Origin: Dehalococcoidia bacterium
Lineage (GTDB): Bacteria > Chloroflexota > Dehalococcoidia > Lucifugimonadales > UBA3495
Reading direction: 5' to 3'
NCBI GenBank assembly: GCA_965232895.1
Contig: OZ247430.1
Location: 3,456,122-3,520,121, forward strand
Length of the DNA stretch: 64,000 bases
Of this stretch, positions 54,928 through 64,000 are shown in pieces. The notes under the pieces were generated by a model. That model did no database searches. It was not told the DNA's origin and saw only the letters and a program-made list of their open reading frames with translations. The position numbers and the translations under genes are program-made. Position 1 is the stretch's first letter. Each line of letters starts with the position of its first letter.

Positions 54928-55449
54928 ATGCCAAGATTCGCAGTTGACCTCAACACCGCAGACGGCCGCGCCAAGGTCGGAGGACAACCCTGGCGGGTCG
55001 CTCCCGGCCTCGTGCCCGGCGAGCCCAACGAAGGCCTGACCGCTCGACTGCTGGCCACGCCGGCGCGCCTGGCCGACTTCGACGACTCCGGCTGGGACAT
55101 CTGCGACAACGTCCGCCAAAGCCTGTCGGAGGGTTTCACCTTCGCCTGGTACCGAATCGCCGTCACGCTGCCCGAGACCATCGACGGCGTTAACGTCGCG
55201 GGCTACCGGGTCTGGTTCGAGACCAACTTCGACAACTACGGCGAGGTCTGGGTCAACGGCGAAATCGACCGGGCCTACGGCAGCATCGTCGGCCTGAACA
55301 CGCCGCACCGCGTGGAAATCGCCGAGGTCGGCGAGCCCGGCTCCAGTTACGTCATCGCCTGCCTCTGCCTGAACGGCCCCCTGGCGGCGCCGCGTGGCGG
55401 CATCTTCATGCGCTTCGCCACCCTGGCCTTCGAGGCGACGGACAACTAA
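54928..55449 (+). CDS. Hypothetical protein, possibly a galactose-binding-domain-like jelly roll
   Basis: GGAGG RBS. FDDSGWD...FAWYR...VWFETNFDNYGEVWVNGE resembles GH2-type sugar-binding domains. Weak call. Confidence 0.4.
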   Translation: MPRFAVDLNTADGRAKVGGQPWRVAPGLVPGEPNEGLTARLLATPARLADFDDSGWDICDNVRQSLSEGFTFAWYRIAVTLPETIDGVNVAGYRVWFETNFDNYGEVWVNGEIDRAYGSIVGLNTPHRVEIAEVGEPGSSYVIACLCLNGPLAAPRGGIFMRFATLAFEATDN

Positions 55450-55530
55450 AGGCGCAGCGCGTTATGCTGCGATGACACGGGGGGGTTGTGCAACCGGCCC
55501 GTGTTGATTGCGCGTACGGGAGGCACTGTG

Positions 55531-56055
55531 ATGGCGAACTGGCGGCATTGCCCGGCAGTGGAACAGGATGTGGAGCGGCACGGTGGGCTGTGGGTATTCA
55601 AGGAAACCAGCGTATCGCTGTATCGTCTATATGAACATCTGGCCGCTGGCGGCACGGTGGGCAGTTTCGCCGAGCAGCACGGCGTGGACACCGAGCAGGT
55701 AGTTGCGGCGCTGGAGTACGAAGCCGAGGGTTTTCGCGCCGACCTGCTCATCCGTCCGGATGGCGCGGGGGAAATTGCTCCAATTCACGCCATAGAACCG
55801 ACCGGCGACGAGATACCCGATTGGGGCAGTTGCACGGTGGTAGCGCGAGCTGCTGGCAAAGTCAGCGGAGCGTGGGTATTCACCGACAGTCGCTTGCCGC
55901 TGTGGGCGATGTACTCCGAGTTGGCGGCCGGCACGACGATTGACGAATTTGTGGATTGGTACTGTGGGAGCAAGGCCAAAGTGGTAGCCGTGCTGGAGCA
56001 TGAGGCGAAGGCTTTACGTACGGAAATACCGACTGCTCATGCTCATACTGCTTGA
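55531..56055 (+). CDS. Tandem DUF433 protein (antitoxin-like)
   Basis: Two repeats (GGLWVFKETSVSLYRLYEHLAAGGTVGSFAEQH; SGAWVFTDSRLPLWAMYSELAAGTTIDEFVDWY). GGGAGG RBS. Confidence 0.7.
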   Translation: MANWRHCPAVEQDVERHGGLWVFKETSVSLYRLYEHLAAGGTVGSFAEQHGVDTEQVVAALEYEAEGFRADLLIRPDGAGEIAPIHAIEPTGDEIPDWGSCTVVARAAGKVSGAWVFTDSRLPLWAMYSELAAGTTIDEFVDWYCGSKAKVVAVLEHEAKALRTEIPTAHAHTA

Positions 56056-56344
56056 CCACAGTGTTCCCCAACCCTTGCGAGCATACCTGCCGGCCCACAC
56101 CGTTCACACCGCCGAGCAACTGGGATGGGATCGCTTGCCCGATGGTGAGGTGATGACACTGGCGGAGGAAGCGGGGTACGAGTTACTGATCACCTGCGAC
56201 AAGGGCATCCGTTACCAATAAAATTTAGTCGGCAGAAACCTCTCAGTTCTGGTGTTGATGTACAACAACTGGCGGTTGATCCGCGCCAGGGTTGATGCCA
56301 TCACCGCTTCCATTAACGAAATGGGGCCTGGCGAACTTCGGTAG
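56039..56344 (+). pseudogene. DUF5615-type PIN-like gene with a premature TAA at 56219..56221
   Basis: MLILLDHSVPQPLRAYL...LLITCDKGIRYQ*NLVGRNLSVLVLMYNNWRLI... The frame continues sensibly past the stop to TAG 56342..56344. Confidence 0.55.
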
Positions 56345-56411
56345 GTCACCATCATTTAGGGGCGGGTCCACGACCCGCCCCAATGCTTTGCTTCGGGAGC
56401 GACCGGTTCGC

Positions 56412-57158
56412 TTACGACAGGTGCTGCCCGTAGAACTGGAAGATGCGCGGCCAGGCGGCGTTGGACGCTTCCACCGCGTAGCTGGGCCGGTCGACCGCAA
56501 CGAACCCGTGGCCGGCGTTGGGGTAAATCTCGTACTCCCATGACTTGCCGGCGGCCTTGATGGCGGCGTCGGTGGCCTTCACCTCGTCCACCGAGGGTCG
56601 CGCGTCATCCTCGCCGAAAATTCCCAGCAGCGGACACGACAGGTCGGACACGAACTCGATGGGAGCGTGAGGCATGGCCGCCGTCGGAGGCTCGCTATCC
56701 CGCGGGGTCACGCCGCCGCCCCAGCAGTCCACCGCCGCGCTGAGGCCCTTGAGCTTGCACGCGGCCAGGAACACCTGACGTCCGCCGGAGCAGAACCCGA
56801 TGATGCCCACCTTGCCGTTGTAGTTGGACAGGTGGCGCAGGTAGCTGATGGCGCCCTCGGCGTCGCCCAGGGTGCGGTCGTCGGGCATGCCGCCCGCCTC
56901 GCGGATGCTGTTGCTGTTGGCGACCGGGTCGTCGTGGCCCTCGCGATAGTGCAAATTGGGCATGATGGCGATGTAGCCGTTGTGCGCGAACATGCGGGCC
57001 ATTTGCTTGCTGGCCTCGTCCCAGCCGGGCATGTGGTGGAACAACATCACCGCCGGAAACGGGCCCTCTCCGAGAGGGCGCGCCAGGTAGGCGTTGATGC
57101 CGTCTCCGTTGTGTCCTTCTACCCAGATGTGCTCGGCCATCATTCCTTGGTTGGGCAT
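56412..57158 (-). CDS. Dienelactone hydrolase-family protein
   Basis: FPAVMLFHHMPGWDE...GIIGFCSGG...YPNAGHGF. Confidence 0.85.
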   Translation of the reverse strand: MPNQGMMAEHIWVEGHNGDGINAYLARPLGEGPFPAVMLFHHMPGWDEASKQMARMFAHNGYIAIMPNLHYREGHDDPVANSNSIREAGGMPDDRTLGDAEGAISYLRHLSNYNGKVGIIGFCSGGRQVFLAACKLKGLSAAVDCWGGGVTPRDSEPPTAAMPHAPIEFVSDLSCPLLGIFGEDDARPSVDEVKATDAAIKAAGKSWEYEIYPNAGHGFVAVDRPSYAVEASNAAWPRIFQFYGQHLS

Positions 57159-57318
57159 AACGTGGTACCTCCGCTGCGAAAATGGTTTCTTGGTTTAGCG
57201 CATGCATCCGGGCGGTCAGCGGTTTGCGCAGACTCCGCGACGCACGAACGAAGGTTACTATCGGCCCTGCTGCAAGTCAAACGAGAAGGAGCGTCCATCC
57301 CGCACGCACAGCGTTCAG

Positions 57319-58095
57319 CTAACCCAGTCCCGCCTGCGTCAACAGCACCTTGAGCATCCGGCCCATCTGCGCCTCGTGATGCGAAGCGAACGCGGTGAAC
57401 TCCCGGAGGTTGCGGGCCGCTTCGTGCTCGGGATTAAACCGCTCACCCATGAGCTCGTAGTCGCCCGCCAACTCCCGGTTCCAAATGCGTAGCTCGTCCA
57501 GGGTCAGCTGCGGTTCGAACTGAAAGCCGTAGGACACGCCATAGCGGAACGCCATCGGAATACGCACGTATCCGCCATCGCGCCGCAGCATGGTGCCCTC
57601 GGCCAGCAGCGTTCCACCGGGCGGGACGGTGAACTGTTCCCCGTGCAGAGTGGGCGCCAGAGGGATGTTGATCTCGCCAAAGGCTGGATCGGCACGCCCG
57701 GCTTCGGTGACGTCAATTTTTCGCAGCCCGAACTGGTACCCGCCAGTGGGTGCGACCGCGCCGCCCAACGCCCGCGACAGCAACTGCGCACCCAGGCAAA
57801 TCCCGACCACCGGCGTCGGTTCCCGGTTGCCCACGTCGCCGGTGGCGGCCGCTCGCAGGTAGGCCATCTCCTGTATCAGCGCCGGGTAGTTGTCATTGGC
57901 CGACATCGGGCCGCCCAGCGCGAGTACAAGATCAACATCAGACAAGTCAGGAGCGCCGAATTTGTCGAAGTCTGGAGCGCACGCATACACCGGCACTGTA
58001 ATCAGATCGAAGCCGGCATCGTGCAATATGCCGGTGAAGTTGCCCCCGAGCGTTTCCACAGGATGGTGCTGGATGATCACTGCTCGCTTGGTCAT
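57319..58095 (-). CDS. Class I glutamine amidotransferase-like protein
   Basis: VVGICLGAQLLSRALGG...; GATase1-type fold. Confidence 0.78.
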   Translation of the reverse strand: MTKRAVIIQHHPVETLGGNFTGILHDAGFDLITVPVYACAPDFDKFGAPDLSDVDLVLALGGPMSANDNYPALIQEMAYLRAAATGDVGNREPTPVVGICLGAQLLSRALGGAVAPTGGYQFGLRKIDVTEAGRADPAFGEINIPLAPTLHGEQFTVPPGGTLLAEGTMLRRDGGYVRIPMAFRYGVSYGFQFEPQLTLDELRIWNRELAGDYELMGERFNPEHEAARNLREFTAFASHHEAQMGRMLKVLLTQAGLG

Positions 58096-58619
58096 CCGGC
58101 GGTTGCTCCTCGGCGTGCCAAATCAGCCAACACCAACCGGTCCGTTGGGAACGCCAGCGGCTCCGGCGGCTCTTCCGGCGCAAACCACTCGACCTGGTCC
58201 AGGTCGTCCGAGGCGGCGGTTTGCCCTCCTGTAACTGTCCCGTAAAACCAGATGCCGACGGTCAGCGAGGCCGGGTTGTGAAAGTTCGAATGCACCGCGC
58301 ACACCTCACCAATTCGCACCACCAACCCCGTCTCCTCCTCGAACTCACGACGCGCGGCATCCCGGATATCCTCGCCCCACTCGACATAACCGCAGGGGAT
58401 GCACCATTCCCCGACGTTGCCCCCGGCGGACCGCCGCCCCAGCAATACCCGTCCTGCTGCGTCCAGAACTACCACCGCCACGCCGACCGCCGGGTTACGG
58501 AAGTGCACGAACCCGCACGACCCGCAGGACGGCCGGGGCAGCCCACCCCGAACCCGGGTGCCGATTTCCTTGCCGCACCGGGGGCAATAACGATAGTCGG
58601 GCGAAACCGAGTCTGTCAT
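58092..58619 (-). CDS. NUDIX hydrolase with an N-terminal zinc ribbon
   Basis: CPRCG...CGSCG, then GEWCIPCGYVEWGEDIRDAARREFEEETGL (Nudix box). Confidence 0.85.
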   Translation of the reverse strand: MTDSVSPDYRYCPRCGKEIGTRVRGGLPRPSCGSCGFVHFRNPAVGVAVVVLDAAGRVLLGRRSAGGNVGEWCIPCGYVEWGEDIRDAARREFEEETGLVVRIGEVCAVHSNFHNPASLTVGIWFYGTVTGGQTAASDDLDQVEWFAPEEPPEPLAFPTDRLVLADLARRGATAG

Positions 58620-58628
58620 CGATCTGGT

Positions 58629-60209
58629 TTACGTCGCGGCCCGGCCCCGCCGCAGCGCGCGACCCGGCAACGCTCCGGTGTTCTCGCACTGCTGGATCAC
58701 CACCCGGCCGTTGACGATCACGTACTCGATGCCCACCGGGTACTGCTTGGGGTTCTCCTTGGTAGCCAGCGCCTTTACCGTGTCCGGGTTGAACACCACG
58801 ATATCGGCCTTGAACCCGTCGCGCAGCAGGCCGCGGTCGGGGATGCCCAGCCGCTGCGCCGGGAATGAGGTCATCTTGCGGATGGCCTCGGGCAGCCGCA
58901 GGTGCTTCTCGGCGCGCACGAACTCGGCCAGCACGATGGGGAAGCATCCGTAGGTTCGCGGGTTGGGATACTCGCCGAACAGGATAGCGTCCGACGCGAT
59001 CATGCCGTAGGGGTGGGACACGAAGGCGTACAGCGTCTGCGCGTTGGTGCCCAGGCCCACGGTGCTGATGCCCAGGTTCTCTTCCAGCAGCAGGTCAAAC
59101 AGCGTGTCGGCCGGATCCTGCCCGCGCATCTCGGCGATGTCGGTGATGAGCCGGCCGTCGTAGATCTGGTTCTCCGGCCTGGTGAAGTTGGTCAGCCAGT
59201 TGTTCTCCAGCCGGCTCGGAGTGATCTCCCGCCTCATTCGCGCCCGGTCGTCGGCGTCCTGTAGCGCCGCGATGAGCCGCTCCGGCCCGCCGTCCTTGGC
59301 CCAGTGGGGCAACCCGATAGTCGGTGTCGTTCCCGAATACGGGTAGGTGTAGCAGTCGAAGGTGCAGTCGATGCCCTCGGCCCGGGCGTCCTCCACCAGA
59401 TCCAGGTGACCCAGGTGGCTGCCCACGCCGGACACCGATTGCCGGTAGTGCGTCAGGTGGACCGGGATGCCGCTGCGCCGTCCGATTTCCACTGCCTCGT
59501 GCCACGGCGCCAGGTACCCCTGGCTCAGCAGGCTGGCCCGCGTGTGCGTGTGGTAGATGCCGCCCATTGCTGCCGCCGTTTCGGACAGAGCAACCAGTTC
59601 GGCGGTGTCCGCATACGCGCCCGGCGGGTAGTCCAGCCCTGTGGACAGTCCCCACGCGCCCTCTTCCATGGCCTCCCGCACCACCGATTGCATGTCGGCA
59701 ATCTCGCTATCAGTCGCGTCCCGCTGCTCCCAGCCCACGCTCCAGATGCGCACCGGCGAGTTGCCCAGGATATAGGCCATGTTGATGGCGACCGAGTCGT
59801 CGTACTTGCCCAACAGGTCGGCCACGGTGAGCCAGTCCGCCGGCATGGGCGGGTAGCCGTTCAGCCCCGCGTCCAGCCAGATGTAACGGTGCAGTTCCTC
59901 CTGCGTCCTGAACGGAGCGTGGGAGATGCCGTCGATTCCCACCAGTTCTGTAGTCACGCCCTGCCGGACCTTCGGGTCGTGGTGCGGTTCGCCCAATATG
60001 GTCAGCCCGGCGTGGGAATGCAGGTCGACGAACCCGGGGCAAACCACGAGCCCGGTGGCGTCGATTACCCGCGCGGCGTTCTCGCGCAAGTCCGCGTCGT
60101 CGCCCCGGTGGATCGTCACCGTATCGCCCGTGATTGCCACCGCGGCACGGAACCCGGGGCTGCCCGAGCCGTCAATCACCTGCCCGTTGGAGATCAGTAG
60201 GTCTATCAT
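58629..60209 (-). CDS. D-aminoacylase-type amidohydrolase
   Basis: MIDLLISNGQVIDGSG...PGFVDLHSH... ATG 60209 was chosen inside ORF 58629..60296. Confidence 0.82.
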   Translation of the reverse strand: MIDLLISNGQVIDGSGSPGFRAAVAITGDTVTIHRGDDADLRENAARVIDATGLVVCPGFVDLHSHAGLTILGEPHHDPKVRQGVTTELVGIDGISHAPFRTQEELHRYIWLDAGLNGYPPMPADWLTVADLLGKYDDSVAINMAYILGNSPVRIWSVGWEQRDATDSEIADMQSVVREAMEEGAWGLSTGLDYPPGAYADTAELVALSETAAAMGGIYHTHTRASLLSQGYLAPWHEAVEIGRRSGIPVHLTHYRQSVSGVGSHLGHLDLVEDARAEGIDCTFDCYTYPYSGTTPTIGLPHWAKDGGPERLIAALQDADDRARMRREITPSRLENNWLTNFTRPENQIYDGRLITDIAEMRGQDPADTLFDLLLEENLGISTVGLGTNAQTLYAFVSHPYGMIASDAILFGEYPNPRTYGCFPIVLAEFVRAEKHLRLPEAIRKMTSFPAQRLGIPDRGLLRDGFKADIVVFNPDTVKALATKENPKQYPVGIEYVIVNGRVVIQQCENTGALPGRALRRGRAAT

Positions 60210-60249
60210 GGTTGGATGATAGCACGCGCGTTGAGGAACGGACGCGACG

Positions 60250-61086
60250 ATGAATCTGTTGTCTCGGTTTTTCAGAAATCTGTCCGCCGTTGACAAACGG
60301 GGGCAGTACGTTTCCGAATACAGTGTCCATCCGCACGGCTTGACCTTTCTGACGGACGTCAGCGCCGGCCGCTGGGTCGAGGACGGGTTTTCGCCGCGCT
60401 TTTCGACCCTGGGCGCGCTGGTCCCGGGCGGTTTCGAGGCACACGGTCGCGTCCTGCATCCGGCGCTGGACGATGCGTTTGAACCGGTGCAGTGGTCAAC
60501 GGTGGCGAAGTGGTCCGGTCGCGTCCATCACCCGTTGATGTCCTTCGAGGGCATCTCCTCCCCGGCCGACGGTCACGGAGCCGGTGGTCGCCCTTGGCTT
60601 GAGGACCCCAATCATGGAAGCATGGAAGAGGAAACGGCAACGGAGTTGGCCGGGTTCCTTTCGCGCTTCACCGGAACGCCGGAGCGTTGCTATTTCGGCG
60701 TGTGGGAAGGTTACGGTCAGTACTCGGGCGGCGCCGCCATGCTGACTTCCGACGGTCGCGGCCGCCCGCTGGGTATTCCCCGCGACATCCGGCGGGCGCA
60801 GCGCGTCAAGGGCGTGGGCCGCGACTATCTGCTCTACGCGGGCCGGCTGGAGCAAATCGTCGAGTTTTACAGCAACTTCCTGTCCGAACCGCCCAACGTC
60901 TGGTGGCCCGAGGATCGCGCCTGGTTTGTCGCCACCGACATCGATCTGGACTCAACCTACGTCGGCGGTAACCGGGAGTGCATTGCGGCGCTGTTGGATC
61001 ATGACTCGCTGGAAGCTGTGCCCGCCGATTCCAATGCGTCAATCGCTATGACTGCGGACACCATCAACCTGGGCAATCCAACCTGA
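60250..61086 (+). CDS. Hypothetical protein
   Basis: An intact 278-aa ORF with CYFGVWEGYG and WWPEDRAWFVATDIDLDSTYVGG. No family named with confidence. Confidence 0.5.
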   Translation: MNLLSRFFRNLSAVDKRGQYVSEYSVHPHGLTFLTDVSAGRWVEDGFSPRFSTLGALVPGGFEAHGRVLHPALDDAFEPVQWSTVAKWSGRVHHPLMSFEGISSPADGHGAGGRPWLEDPNHGSMEEETATELAGFLSRFTGTPERCYFGVWEGYGQYSGGAAMLTSDGRGRPLGIPRDIRRAQRVKGVGRDYLLYAGRLEQIVEFYSNFLSEPPNVWWPEDRAWFVATDIDLDSTYVGGNRECIAALLDHDSLEAVPADSNASIAMTADTINLGNPT

Positions 61087-61122
61087 ATGCGGCCGGGCCA
61101 GGCGAACGCCGCCGCGCTCATT

Positions 61123-61530
61123 TCATTCCGAGTGCAACGCCAGCCGGCTCCGACCGAAATCATACTCCATGCGGACCTGGTTCAGCAGGTCGCGTCCCAG
61201 CAGGGAATCCAGGCCGTCGGTGACGGGATCGGGTTTAGCAATGGAAATGTGGATCTCAAACTCCTGGGCGCCGCCGTCAGTCTCGGCAAACGTGAGCACG
61301 GCCGGCTCCATATAGTAGAGCAAAGCGCCGCCCGCGCTGATGAACTCGGCGGGATTGTCCAGCAGGTCGAACGGGCAATGCAACATTAGTCCGTCGGCTG
61401 GATGCAGGATCGTGGTATCTGAACCTGTGTCGACCAAAAAGGTTACCGGCGCTTTCAAACCGAACCTTGGCAGCAACAAATCACAGCTCACCCAGGGTAG
61501 CCCGTCGCTGGTGAAGTAGCCGATTATCAT
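61123..61530 (-). CDS. Retropepsin-like aspartyl protease
   Basis: FLVDTGSDTTIL (DTG active site) and SLLGRDLL. ATG 61530 overlaps the upstream stop (ATGA). Confidence 0.7.
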   Translation of the reverse strand: MIIGYFTSDGLPWVSCDLLLPRFGLKAPVTFLVDTGSDTTILHPADGLMLHCPFDLLDNPAEFISAGGALLYYMEPAVLTFAETDGGAQEFEIHISIAKPDPVTDGLDSLLGRDLLNQVRMEYDFGRSRLALHSE

Positions 61531-61844
61531 CGCCGGCGCTTCCGCCATACGGTCGGGATGCGCCGGCGTGGATTGGTATCCAACCGCAGCACTACCGAAT
61601 TGGGCGAATACGCGCCGCATTTTTCGAGCTTGTCCAGAATGTCATGAAGTGAATCTCCCACAACTAGTTTCCAGTTGTCTCCCAGGGCGATCCACTGATC
61701 AGGATACCTGGTCGTCAGCTCGCTACGGTTGTCACGCAGGAGTTTCGAGCGTGCCGAGTAGTCTTGTAATCCGACCGTTATTTCCTCTGGGGTTTCAGAC
61801 GGTCGCTGCGGTACGACCGGGTGCCGTGGCGTGATGGCTTCCAT
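61527..61844 (-). CDS. DUF5678-like small protein
   Basis: YPDQWIALGDNWKLVVGDSLHDILDKLEK; GAGGGA RBS before ATG 61844. Confidence 0.55.
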   Translation of the reverse strand: MEAITPRHPVVPQRPSETPEEITVGLQDYSARSKLLRDNRSELTTRYPDQWIALGDNWKLVVGDSLHDILDKLEKCGAYSPNSVVLRLDTNPRRRIPTVWRKRRR

Positions 61845-61990
61845 GAATTGTTCCCTCTTCGGGCCGGCGAGATACTGGTTCAATTTAGCATTGGCACGAT
61901 CCAGGCTGCAACGCGCACCGCGTCCGTCCATGACTTCCGTCTGCTACACTGCCGCTCACTCTGCGGATCCAACCCCATTGGAGGCACAAC

Positions 61991-62776
61991 ATGACTGAAC
62001 TTGATGACCGCTACGAACGCGGGCAGGAAACCCGGCGCATGTTTGGCGGCGGACAGATCACCGGTGGCTCGTCGCCCGGCGCATGGGACATCGCGCCCGA
62101 TCTCGAACGGATTCTCGGCGAAGCCCTCTTCGGCACCATCTGGAAGCGGCCGGCCCTGACGCCCGTGCAGCGCGAGATGATCACGTTGTCCTGCCTGATC
62201 GTCCTGAACCGCGAGGTACAGCTCAAGCGGCACCTGGGCAACTCCCTCAATATCGGACTCACCCCGGAGCAGGTGGTGGAACTGATCATCCACGACACCT
62301 GGTACGGCGGCGCGCCGGCCGGCATCCAGGCCCTGACCATCTGCAAGGAGGTGTTCGAGGAGCGCGGCATCGACTTCACGCCAGCCCGCATCCACGACTC
62401 CAACGAGGACCCCGACAGCCTGTTCCAGCGGGGCGACGAGTACCGCCGCAACTACATGGGTGGCGGCGGTGGTGCGCGGCCTGCTCCTCCGACTGAGGCA
62501 GAGCGCGAATTGGGCCGCGTCACCGGCGAGTACTACTGGGGAGCCACCTGGACCCGCCCCGGCCTGGATCTGCCCAGCCGATGCCTCTGCACCATGACCT
62601 GCCTCGCCGCCCTGGGACGCGAGGGTCCGCTGCGCAGCCACATCCGCGGCGCTCTGAACATCGGTTTCACCCAGGACCAGATTATCGAGGTCTTCGGGCA
62701 CATGACCCTGTACGCCGGTATCCCCTTCGCCCGCGGCGCCATGGACATCGCCAACGACATTTTCAACAACGGCTAG
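61991..62776 (+). CDS. Carboxymuconolactone decarboxylase (AhpD-like) family protein, two CMD domains
   Basis: FGTIWKRPALTPVQREMITLSCL... and WGATWTRPGLDLPSRCLCTMTCLAAL... Confidence 0.85.
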   Translation: MTELDDRYERGQETRRMFGGGQITGGSSPGAWDIAPDLERILGEALFGTIWKRPALTPVQREMITLSCLIVLNREVQLKRHLGNSLNIGLTPEQVVELIIHDTWYGGAPAGIQALTICKEVFEERGIDFTPARIHDSNEDPDSLFQRGDEYRRNYMGGGGGARPAPPTEAERELGRVTGEYYWGATWTRPGLDLPSRCLCTMTCLAALGREGPLRSHIRGALNIGFTQDQIIEVFGHMTLYAGIPFARGAMDIANDIFNNG

Positions 62777-62797
62777 TCGGTCACGCATACCTGGTTA

Positions 62798-62888
62798 GTC
62801 ATTGCGAGCGCAGCGTGGCAATTTCGTTGGGGCCAGGATCGTCACTGCATCGACGGGGTTGCCACGTCGCTTTGTTTCTGGCGATGAC
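62798..62888. repeat. 91-bp hairpin repeat (gtcattgcgagcgcagcgtggcaa ... ttgccacgtcgctttgtttctggcgatgac)
   Basis: The two arms are imperfect reverse complements. It is a gtcattgcgag-type interspersed palindrome. Confidence 0.6.
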
Positions 62889-62951
62889 AGGTTTGCAGGA
62901 ACTGGGTGTTTGTGAGTGGCTAGTCAGAGCTTCGTAACTCAACCAAACGAC

Positions 62952-62979
62952 GCAGGGGCGAATGATCATTCGCCCCTAC
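62952..62979. repeat. Solo copy of the IS-flanking palindrome (ggggcgaatgatcattcgcccctac)
   Basis: The 22-bp core at 62955..62976 is identical to the cores bracketing IS copies B and C. No IS is adjacent. Confidence 0.85.
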
Positions 62980-63003
62980 CCGTTTCTCCGGCTTGGTCGG
63001 CCG

Positions 63004-64000
<997 letters not shown>

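Noticed and set aside
56219-56221. In-frame stop in the DUF5615-like gene as a recoding site
   Set aside because: The codon is TAA, not TGA or TAG. There is no paralogous support and no downstream hairpin. A nonsense mutation is the simpler explanation.

Overview
GC-rich bacterial chromosomal segment, probably Chloroflexota. That placement is an inference from a 1576-aa Chlor_Arch_YYY-type membrane protein, an 11-subunit nuo operon without nuoEFG, and the order rplI-dnaB-dnaD-like-dnaC-like. Core genes are nuoABCDHIJKLMN, eno, gap, rplI, dnaB, dnaE, clpC, a partial zwf, and four tRNAs (Pro, Arg, Asp, Lys). The accessory content is dense.

(1) Two paralogous modules each pair a 333-357 aa protein of unknown function with a ~180 aa protein. 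The ORF track splits the smaller gene at an in-frame TGA. Read-through gives a U-G-S-C motif at both loci, so these look like selenoproteins. A covarying hairpin sits 14 nt downstream of each TGA.

(2) The nuo operon carries five extra co-oriented small genes at three subunit junctions: two HicB-like, two Uma2 endonucleases, and one Lys/Gly-rich protein with two HxxxCxCxxC motifs.

(3) A more AT-rich two-gene cassette (DUF1828/DUF1829-like plus a PHLH-motif protein) lies convergent to nuoN. A DUF3800 gene is wedged upstream of nuoA.

(4) There are three near-identical copies of an IS4-family IS, one frameshifted and two in head-to-tail tandem. Each is bracketed by a 22-bp palindrome that behaves as a direct repeat and also occurs solo.

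(5) A 163-bp MITE occurs twice, one copy with a 10-bp target duplication, alongside related REP-like hairpins.

(6) Other items: a HigBA pair, a tandem-DUF433 plus DUF5615 pair whose toxin-like gene has a premature TAA, a DUF5678-like plus retropepsin-like pair, and a DnaC-like loader with two fused AAA+ modules.

All family names come from motif recognition by eye. No searches were run.
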